From contig NW_021824979.1 of NCBI RefSeq assembly GCF_006345805.1, positions 1 to 17,037 of the forward strand: DNA of 17,037 bases, read 5' to 3'. Position 1 is the stretch's first letter, and every line of letters starts with the position of its first letter. This stretch comes from Octopus sinensis (Eukaryota). The notes beneath the pieces are model-generated. The model was given only the letters and a program-made list of their open reading frames with translations, made no database searches and was not told where the DNA came from. The position numbers and the translations under genes were made by a program. This document shows positions 1 through 8,859 of this stretch, piece by piece.

Positions 1-242
1 GGACACCAAAAAAACGTCGAACACAGAGAAACGAAAACATAAACACAACCAAGGAAACGACATTTTTCTTAAACAACGAAAAAATAGAGTACATGACAAT
101 AACACAAGGACAATTCCCCTTCTTCAGCTGCCTCTGTTTCACCTACTCCACGTCTGTACCCATATATGCATGTATATATATACATATAGATGTAGGTACG
201 TACATATGTATGTATATATGCATGTTTTATTTTTTAATTTGT

Positions 243-250
<8 letters not shown>
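1..250. mobile_element. Rearranged terminal fragment of the same family as 534-1130 (putative PLE 3' UTR/pLTR): 1-152 in antisense, 154-250 in sense
   Basis: 1-152 is the reverse complement of ~881-1034 (GGACACCAAAAAAACGTCGAACAC...CCCCTTCTTCAGCTG). 154-250 is a direct copy of ~1034-1130 (CTGTACCCATATATGCATG...GATGTAGGTA). Confidence 0.8.
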
Positions 251-295
<45 letters not shown>

Positions 296-299
296 TACA

Positions 300-330
<31 letters not shown>
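248..330. repeat. (TA)n/(TG)n compound microsatellite
   Basis: Direct reading. Confidence 0.97.
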
Positions 331-383
331 ATGATGATGCGAACAGGAAAAATAAAACTGAGAATATGAGTATATGTATATTT

Positions 384-510
384 TTTATTAATATTTAGCA
401 GAAACAACAGAGTGACTCAAGGTCTGAAAGTTTCGTGCCTTTGATCAATGCCAACGAACGAAACTCTCGGACCTTGCGTCACTCCGTTGCCTCTACTAAA
501 TATTAATAAA
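384..510. repeat. Imperfect inverted repeat, 53-bp arms (384-436 / 458-510), 21-nt loop
   Basis: Left arm TTTATTAATATTTAGCAGAAACAACAGAGTGACTCAAGGTCTGAAAGTTTCGT matches the reverse complement of 458-510 with 7 mismatches (hand count). Confidence 0.92.
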
Positions 511-533
511 TATATATATATATATATATATAT

Positions 534-1130
534 CCCTTTCTCTTACTCCTCCTCCTCGCTCCCGTCACTGACACGTGACCAGAGGTCTACTGCCTTTCTG
601 ACTATTACTTTCAACAAGTGAAGTCGGCTCCCTCTGTCCTTCTCAAGCCGTTTTCAAAGCTTTCAAAATAATTTTTCTTTCGTTCAGGCTTAACAGCCCT
701 TAATGTTTGTGTTACTGTTATTCTCCTTGTCCTGTCTTTTACTGTTTTTATTTGTATTGTCTTTACTGTCCTGTTTCTGTTACCACTTTTACCCCTCCGC
801 AAAAATCTCAAATTTTATTTAATTTGCTTTGCGGGAAGGAATGTTTCCAAGAAGTCGTGTCTCGCCTTTACCTTCGAAACACGAAGTAGACGAAACAGAG
901 ACAGCTGAAGAAGGGGAATTTTCCGTGTGTTGTATGTCTTGTACCCTGTTTTTCGTTGTTTAAAAATTGTCCGTTTCCTTGGTTTTGTCTTTATGTTTTC
1001 GTTTCTCATTGTGTTCGACGTTTTTTTGGTGTCCTGCACCCATTTATGTATGTATATATACATAAAGATGTAGGTATGTACATATATTTATGTATATATG
1101 CATATGTTTTATTATTATTTTGTTATTATT
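534..1130 (+). mobile_element. Non-coding repeat, probable Penelope-like element 3' UTR/pseudo-LTR
   Basis: A second partial copy is present in the window (1-250). Carries hammerhead core words (GAAAC 876-880, CTGAAGA 905-911), typical of PLE termini. Family assignment is from recall; no ORF is present. Confidence 0.55.
855..916 (+). ncRNA. Candidate hammerhead ribozyme with non-circularly permuted block order
   Basis: GUC at 859-861, GAAA at 876-879, CUGAAGA at 905-911. Stem III 855-860/879-884 has 6 of 6 pairs. Stem II 913-916/872-875 has G-C, G.U, G.U, G-C. Stem I 862-869/897-904 has 6 of 8 pairs. Confidence 0.5.
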
Positions 1131-1175
1131 AATATATAATATATATATATATATCGTGTTGCATCTCTGAGATTT

Positions 1176-1214
<39 letters not shown>

Positions 1215-1217
1215 TAT
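1131..1217. repeat. Interrupted (TA)n microsatellite
   Basis: Direct reading. Confidence 0.93.
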
Positions 1218-2793
1218 ATGAAAACAAACTCAGCTACTGGCCCCGATGGATTCCCAGCAATCCTTCTAAAAGTATGTAAGAGAGTCCTAGCAAGACCACT
1301 GCAGTTCCTCTTTCAGAGCTTCCTTGCAACTGGCAAACTTCCAAGAAAACTGAAGGAAGGTAAAATATGCCCTATTCATAAAGGAGTGGTAGCAGAGCGG
1401 AGGCCAAGAACTACAGACCTATCTCTCTGACCTCACACATCAGCAAGGTCATGGAACGAATAGTCAGAAGGAAACTAATCACCTTCCTTGAAGAAAATGA
1501 CTTGCTGCCTGACACCCAACATGGTTTCCGACCAGGAAGAAGCTGCTTAACTCAGCTCCTACAACACTATGACAGGGTACTGAAACGACTGCTCAACCAC
1601 TCAAATGTGGAAGTCATATATCTCGACTTTGCAAAGGCCTTTGATAAAGTCGATCATGGAATGATATGTCACAAATTGTGTGATCTTGGCATAGTTGGAA
1701 AATTGGGAGAATGGCTTCATGACTTTCTGAAGGATAGAAGTCAGGTGGTTGCAGCCAATGGGGCACTTCCATTAACACGCAAATAGTGAGCGGTGTTCCG
1801 CAAGGCACTGTTTTGGGACCACTACTGTTCATAATGGCCCTCTCAGACATGCCCTCAGCCACGCAGAGAGCCACGATCACAAGTTATGCAGATGATACAA
1901 AAGTTTCACAGGCAATACAGAACCCTGAAGACACTAAACGCCTGCAACGTGAGCTGGACAAAATATACAAGTGGGCTGAAAAGAATAGCATGCAGTTCAA
2001 TGCTGAAAAGTTTCAAGCTTTATGCTATCAGCATGCAAAACTAAATGCAATACCCAATAAATACACTGGACCTAGAGGGATTGCAATCCCAGAGGCACAA
2101 TTAGTTCGAGACCTGGGTATTTACATGAGTGATGATGCAACCTTTCATGTGCATGTTGCTAAATTGGCAATGAAATGTAGGCGGCTGAGCGGATGGATTC
2201 TTAGAACCTTTAGAACAAGAGACCAGGAAATCATGATGGTCATCTGGGGGACACTTGTCCTAAGCCACTTTGACTATTGCTCTCAGCTATGGTCACCATC
2301 CAGTGTCAAGTTAATCACAGAACTTGAGGCGATCCAACGAAGCTACACGAAGAAGATAGCCTCTGTGCAGAATATAAGCTACTGGGAAAGACTCAAGAGA
2401 TTAAGACTCTATTCCTTAGAGCGTAGGCGAGAAAGATATGCCATAATATACATCTGGAAGATCCTAGAAGGACTTGTCCCAAACTTTGGCATCGAGAGTT
2501 ACACAAATGCTAGAACTGGGCGCCACTGCATAGTGCCAAGGACTGCAAATTTGCCATCAAGATGTAGGACAAGATTCTGTGATAGCCTGGGCTTCCGAGG
2601 CCCACAGCTCTTCAATATCCTCCCGAGGAACCTGAGAGACCTGCATGGGGTGGATGCAGATGTCTTTAAAATAAAACTGGATCTCTTCCTGTCAGGTGTC
2701 CCAGATGAACCAACTTCACGGCAGGAGGTGCAGATGAGGGCAGCTGCATCGAACTCTCTCATGCACCAAATGGCAACTGCTAAAAAGCATTAG
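1218..2793 (+). pseudogene. LINE ORF2 reverse transcriptase and C-terminal region, two frameshifts (~1389, ~1769)
   Basis: Motifs across joined frames: SATGPDG, KNYRPISLTS, QHGFRPGRSC, YLDFAKAFDKV, SGVPQGTVLGPLLF, YADD, DYCSQLWSP, WERLKRLRLYSLERRRER. No endonuclease domain in this copy (truncated). Confidence 0.95.
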
Positions 2794-2881
2794 TGAAGTA
2801 AAATCATGTAGCAACACCAAATGGCGGTGCCCCAGCATGGCCACAGCTCGTGAGCTGGAACTAGATAAAATAAATAAATAA

Positions 2882-2885
<4 letters not shown>
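1218..2885 (+). mobile_element. 5'-truncated CR1-group (CR1/L2-like) non-LTR retrotransposon with 3' UTR and (AAAT)n tail
   Basis: Continuous RT pseudo-ORF, then ~70-nt 3' UTR and ATAAAATAAATAAATAAATA tail; both ends abut (TA)n. Confidence 0.9.
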
Positions 2886-2912
<27 letters not shown>

Positions 2913-3020
2913 TGCATATGTATCATGCAGAGTTTGACCACCTCCTGTATATATACATACACACACACACACACACATAATACACACAAACATACAAACA
3001 TACATACATAGATACATACA
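2886..3020. repeat. (TA)n/(CA)n/(TACA)n microsatellites
   Basis: Direct reading. Confidence 0.9.
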
Positions 3021-3138
3021 CGAGCGCGGGAATGAAATTTGGTTAGGGGTTGTAAACCCAGATCCAAAACTTTTACAAACAAAGTTGATTATTTCTAGTC
3101 CTAATATTAAAAACAAACACGGATACAATGGAAATGAT

Positions 3139-3174
<36 letters not shown>

Positions 3175-3192
3175 TATTATTATTATTATTAT
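3139..3192. repeat. (CAT)n(TAT)n microsatellite at the 3' end of the R4/Dong-type LINE
   Basis: Direct reading. Confidence 0.96.
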
Positions 3193-5792
3193 TCTATGTT
3201 TGACTTTTGCTTTATATTTGTACAAGTTGGCTCCAAGTCTCACCCAGAGACCTCAAGAGACAACAGGGTTGGAAGTTCATGTTGTTGTTATGCCTAGTGT
3301 GCCATATATTTGGGGGGTGGGGATGTTGTACTAATGAATGTCTAAAAAAAAAAAAAAGTTTTTTTTTTTTTTTTTTTTTTAAACCGAAAATTATGGTTGT
3401 TTCAAACCTTGAGGTTACATAGAGAGTATTTTGCGTAGGATATGAGCAGTTCCCATGAGCACTATCTTTTGAACTTCTGCCATTTTTGGGTTTCCTGGTA
3501 TCTGAGTTAGGTAGCTATCAGCCCCTTTTGCTATCATTCCCAGGGCACCTATGACAACAGGTATTGTTTTAGTCTTCAGCTTCCACATTTTGCTGATTTC
3601 TATTTCAAGATCTTTATATTTGCTCGTTTTTGTTAGGGTCCTGACAGATACGTTATATATCGATTGGGACAGTCATATCAATGAGGAGGCATGTTCTTTG
3701 TTTGAAGTCTTTCAATATGATGTCTGGCCTATTTGCATCTATCTTCCTGTCAGTTTGAATGGTGAAGTTCCAGAGGAGTGAGATGTGGTCATTTTCAAGC
3801 ACTGGGGGTGGTTTGTGTTCCCACCAGTTTTTTTCATGGGGCAAATCCAGGTTTTTACAGATTACCCAGTGAATATATTGTGCACCTCTATCGTGCCTGT
3901 TGAGATACTCTGTAGGCGCTAGAAGACTGCACTTGGAGACCACATGGTCAATGGTTTCATTTTGTTGCTTGCATACACGACACGTTGGACTGCTTCTGAT
4001 CTTTAATATGTTGGCCTGGTAGTTTCTTGTTGGTAGGCATTGATCTTGAGCTGCTATGATAAACCCCTCTGTTTCAGATTTTAAGCCAGAAGCCATTAGC
4101 CATTGATGGGTCAGGGCTTTGTCGATATCTGCATTATTCGCTCTCTTTGGGTATTTGCCATAGAGAGGTTTTTCTTGCCATTTATTATTCAGAATATCTA
4201 AGGCCGCAGTTTTGGCACGGGTTTTCATGCGCCTAGCTTTTTCTCTGCTTGTTTCTTGTATGTCTATCTCTAATTCCGAAATTGGTTGTATTCGGAATTC
4301 ACTTAGATATTCCTTTGCCTGTTTTGTGACTGAGTATGATGCTTTCTTGTTTTCATGTTTTGAGACAAGTTTTAACATCCAGTCCTCAGAGTTTTTCAGG
4401 TAGGTGTCTAGGCCAATTGTAGCAATCTTCATTGTTATTGCCAGTTGCAAAAGACCACGGCCTCCCTCTTTTCTTGGCAGATAGAGTCGTTCTGTATATC
4501 TGCCTTAGGGTGGTGCATTCTATGCATTGTCAACAGTTTCCTTATTTTTCTGTCGAGCTGACATATTTCAGTAATTGACCAGTTAACAATATTGAAACTG
4601 TAAGTCACGACTGGTATAGCTAATGCATTGATTGCTTCGATCCTGTTTCTTGCATTCAGCTCTGTCTTGAGTATTGCTCTCACTCTTCGATAGCATTCTC
4701 TCCTGATCCTTTCTTCATCTCTGAATGCCTTATTCCGTCCCTTCAATTACCCCTAGGTACTTGTAGCTCTCCGCTGGGTCTAGTTCTTTTATGACATTCT
4801 GTTGGTCAAGGTTAACGTTAGATGTTTCTGTCATTTTTCCTTTGATAAAGGTAGCCTTTGCACATTTATCGAGGCCGAATTGCATTCTGATGTCGTCACT
4901 GAATTGTTTGACTATCGCTAGTAAGCCCTTGAGTTGTTGATCATTTTTTGCAAAAAGCTTTAAATCATCCATGTAAACGAGATGATTTATATTTTTATCA
5001 AACATTTTATACCCTTACTGCGCGTCATTGAGCAGCTTTGAGGAGAGGTATTAAGGATAAACAAAAGAGGAGTGGTGACAGTGAGTCACCCTGGAAAATG
5101 CCACACGAAATTTTACACATCACCAGCATTTAGGGATTCACTGTCACTGTTCAGAGTTAGTGTGGTTCTCCATGATCTCATACTTACAGTCAAGAAGTTT
5201 CGCAGAGTTGGTGCTATCTTATACATTTCAAGGCATTTCCTAATCCAGCTATGTGGTAGGCTATCAAAAGCCTTTTTATAGTCTATCCAGGCTATTGATA
5301 AGTTTTTGTGTCGTTTGTGACAATCTTCTAAGATCATCTTATTGATGAGTAGTTGGTCTTTACAGCCGTAGGATCCACGTTTACATCCTTTCTGTTCATT
5401 AGGGAATATGCTGCTGTCTGTTAAAAAACTATAGTATATATTCCGTCAGGACAGATGTTAGTGTTTTGTACATAGTTGTTAAGCAGGTTATGGGTCTATA
5501 GTTTTTTGGTTCATTTGTTTCTTCACTTTTGGAAGCAGGAATTTTAACCCATTAACTAGCCAAGGAGGCATCCTCTAGGGTGTTGCAAAACATCATTGTT
5601 AGCAGTTCTGTTAGCAGTTCATGGCTCTCTGGAAGGCATTCAGCCAGAAGTTAGGAAATTTTATCCTTTCCTGGAGACTTCCATTTGCTTGACCTCCTGA
5701 GAGCAGATCTTATATCTTCTACCTTGACACCCTCCCACTTTTGCTCTTCTAAGGGGTCCAGTTCTGTAGATATTCTGTCAATCCAGGGGGCC

Positions 5793-5794
<2 letters not shown>
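3193..5794 (-). mobile_element. 5'-truncated R4/Dong-type non-LTR retrotransposon (RT + CCHC + restriction-like endonuclease)
   Basis: Domain order RT, zinc knuckle, PD-(D/E)xK endonuclease. ~220-nt 3' UTR runs into (AAT)n; the 5' end is cut upstream of the RT and joined to (AAT)n. Clade call comes from motif recall. Confidence 0.82.
3415..5794 (-). pseudogene. RLE-LINE polyprotein remnant with several frameshifts and stops
   Basis: [46 protein letters not shown] (4964-4975), YKYLG, CRVCKQQNETIDHVVSKC, RPDII...LLIDMTVP...KYKDL, IPVVIGALG; stop at 3415-3417. Frameshifts near 3655, 4440, 4735, 5040, 5113. Confidence 0.92.
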
Positions 5795-5855
<61 letters not shown>

Positions 5856-5871
5856 ATCATTATTATTATTA

Positions 5872-5917
<46 letters not shown>

Positions 5918-6210
5918 CCTCATCATCATCATCATCATCATTATTATTATTATTAATATCATTATTATTATTATTATCATTATTATTATTATTATTATTA
6001 TCATCATCATCATCATCATCATCATTATTATTATTATTAATATCATTATTATTATTATTATCATTATTATTATTATTATCATCATCATCATCAGCATCAT
6101 CAGCATCATTATTATTATTATCATTATCATTATTATTATCATTATTATTATTATTATCATCATCATCATCATTATTATTATTATTATTATCAGTATTATT
6201 ATTATTATTA

Positions 6211-6250
<40 letters not shown>

Positions 6251-6288
6251 CATCATCATCATTATTATTATTATTATTATTATTATCA

Positions 6289-6319
<31 letters not shown>

Positions 6320-6347
6320 TACTATTATTATTATTATTATTATTATT
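5794..6347. repeat. Long (ATT)n/(ATC)n compound microsatellite
   Basis: Direct reading; source of the poly-I and poly-N ORFs. Confidence 0.98.
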
Positions 6348-6902
6348 GCGTGAGCGAGCAGAGCATGCCATCAAAGTGACACTGGGGTAAAATATACGAA
6401 GCCCAGTATACCCATCATGACTACCCGTCTGATAAGGGTACACCAGGCACATGCATCACAACCATATGTGCGCGACATGGTGATCTCATATCAAGATAAA
6501 CAGCACATGACCTTGCAGGTGGAGCCCAGTTAGAATTTTCTTCAGATCGAGTAACCCATCCCGCTCAAAAGGTCCCTGAATAAGGGTTGTTTAAGGACGT
6601 TGAACGAAACCCCATGTTTCCAGAGGTGAATTATTCAAACCCCCAAGAATCCTTCTCAACACATGGCTATGATGCTCCCCCACTACTTCTGCTCGTGATC
6701 AGAGATGCACATATCGTCAGCCACTAAGGGACATGCTCAACTGGTTAAGGTCAAACAACTGACAAGCAAATCTGTGGTATTGAGCAGAATATTTGCTGTA
6801 GCCCATCTTTTATACCAAGACAAAACAATGGACATGATAACACTTCCAATCAGTTAAGATCAGAAGCCATGAGAGCCACTGCCTGGTACTGCATCAGGGC
6901 AT
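6348..6902. mobile_element. ~555-bp non-coding interspersed element with sharp ends, flanked by (ATT)n on both sides
   Basis: Complex, higher-GC block with abrupt borders inside a trinucleotide array; no credible ORF. Resembles an abundant octopus repeat from recall (unverified). Confidence 0.6.
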
Positions 6903-6929
6903 TTATTATTATTATTATTATTATCATCA

Positions 6930-7011
<82 letters not shown>

Positions 7012-7039
7012 TACAATTATTATTATTATTATTATTATT

Positions 7040-7080
<41 letters not shown>

Positions 7081-7132
7081 TATTATTAATATTATATTAT
7101 TTTATTATTATTATTATCATTTTATTATTATA

Positions 7133-7216
<84 letters not shown>
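6903..7216. repeat. (ATT)n/(ATC)n microsatellite
   Basis: Direct reading. Confidence 0.98.
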
Positions 7217-7407
7217 TGAACATCAATCAAATCCTATGTATCTAATAATAGAAACTTAATGTTCTAAATCCGTCCCAAAATGTTTCTACGTTCGTTCGGT
7301 TTTGGCGTTGAAGTTTTTTAGAAGGATGTTCAAACCGTTTTTATTGCCCAGCCAACATTTGTACGGGTGGGGCCTTTGCACCGCTCGTACCTCCTGTATA
7401 ATATGCA

Positions 7408-7462
7408 TTTTTTCTTAACTAGTTTCAGCTCGAGAGCTGTGGCCATACTAGGGCACCGCCGT

Positions 7463-7463
<1 letters not shown>
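7408..7463 (-). mobile_element. ~55-bp retroposed 3' tail of the CR1-group LINE family (or of a SINE sharing it)
   Basis: Reverse complement GGCGGTGCCCTAGTATGGCCACAGCTCTCGAGCTGAAACTAGTTAAGAAAAAAA aligns to 2823-2870 GGCGGTGCCCCAGCATGGCCACAGCTCGTGAGCTGGAACTAGATAAAA. Confidence 0.85.
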
Positions 7464-7494
<31 letters not shown>

Positions 7495-7562
7495 GTAGGC
7501 ACGTAAATGTGAAACAAGATGGGAAAAAGTAGTACTCGAATACCGGAGGTAGAGTCATTTGC

Positions 7563-7665
7563 TTTATCATTAAAACTGCAAAAACATCACAAAAGCTACA
7601 AGAAGCTGCTACTCGGACTTTCATGCTCCCGCTTGTCGTGGTGTTTTTGCAGCTTTAATAATAAA
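7563..7665. repeat. Inverted repeat, 28-bp arms (7563-7590 / 7638-7665), 47-nt spacer
   Basis: TTTATCATTAAAACTGCAAAAACATCAC versus reverse complement TTTATTATTAAAGCTGCAAAAACACCAC; 3 mismatches. Confidence 0.9.
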
Positions 7666-7768
7666 ATGTGTGTGTGTGTGTGTGTAATTACAAGGGATAT
7701 ATCATAAACAATTAATAATTATTTATGAATATATCAGTGGCCAAACATGTTATCATAAAATACAGAAA

Positions 7769-7834
7769 AGAAGAGTGTTTATAATTATGAACAAGTCACA
7801 ATAATAACTTGTTCATAATTATAAACACACTTCT
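7769..7834. repeat. Near-perfect hairpin: 28-bp stem (22 bp perfect), 10-nt loop
   Basis: GTGTTTATAATTATGAACAAGT (7775-7796) is the exact reverse complement of 7807-7828; extends 5 more bp after one mismatch. Confidence 0.95.
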
Positions 7835-8085
7835 ATACATGTATATATATATCGTGAAGTACATTTGTCACTTAAATGTGGTTAACCCTTAAGGGTGGAT
7901 GCTACTGTAGCTTGTATTCCCAGAAGGACACCTTCTCCAGCTGGCTATTAACACACTTTCTGTGCCCTAACACTATTTGCAAAGGGAAGCCATCCTTCCC
8001 ATCTTCAACCTGAATGATACACACGGACTCGAGTTTCTGAGTATTGACCCGTCATCATTATACCTCGCTCAGAGATTTATTATTG

Positions 8086-8120
<35 letters not shown>

Positions 8121-8494
8121 TAAGATTCAGTTAAATTCAGTACTTAAATTAAGACACCTTGTTAGGTCTGAGTAATATGGAAACTCAACAATATTTATTA
8201 AGTTAATATTAGATTTGGTGCATAAGTGCCGACCATATCATATTCTTGCAGTGTATGCAGATAATAAGACCCAGTTGAGTGAAGAAATTTGCTCTTAACT
8301 ATTGAGACATGTACTTTATATTAAAAATACTGTCTATAATATTTACGAAGCGTAGATTCCAGGATAAGCGAATATAATGCGAGTAAAAAAGAGGTACAGG
8401 TGTCAATCCATTACGGCCGTTTCCAACGACTCTTTTGATTGATTAATGGGAACGTTACGTCAGTGTAAAGAAACCGTTTCCGTCAGATGAATTC

Positions 8495-8510
8495 ATATAT
8501 ATATATATAT

Positions 8511-8552
<42 letters not shown>

Positions 8553-8648
8553 CATACATACATACATACATACATACATACATACATACATACGTACATG
8601 CATACACACCTACTTACATATACACACACGTACATACATATACACATA

Positions 8649-8728
<80 letters not shown>

Positions 8729-8782
8729 ATGTATATTATATATATGTCAATATATATCGATATATATATATATACACACACA

Positions 8783-8857
<75 letters not shown>
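8495..8857. repeat. (TA)n/(TACA)n/(TG)n compound microsatellite
   Basis: Direct reading. Confidence 0.97.

Positions 8858-8859
<2 letters not shown>

Noticed and set aside
871-916. Conventional type II reading of the hammerhead with cleavage at GUA888
   Set aside because: Stem III would be only 2 bp and 889-904 cannot form stem I; the rearranged fold pairs much better.
6842-6900. Resemblance to U2 snRNA pieces (ATCAGTT-AA.ATC.GA; CCTGGTA.TGCA)
   Set aside because: Short matches with the wrong spacing, no Sm site or branch-point-pairing region; compatible with chance. An Infernal U2 scan would settle it.
5651-7219. Long poly-I, poly-N and poly-Y ORFs (200+ aa)
   Set aside because: Translations of (ATT/ATC)n microsatellite; only the KAPW...KDKIS tail belongs to the LINE.
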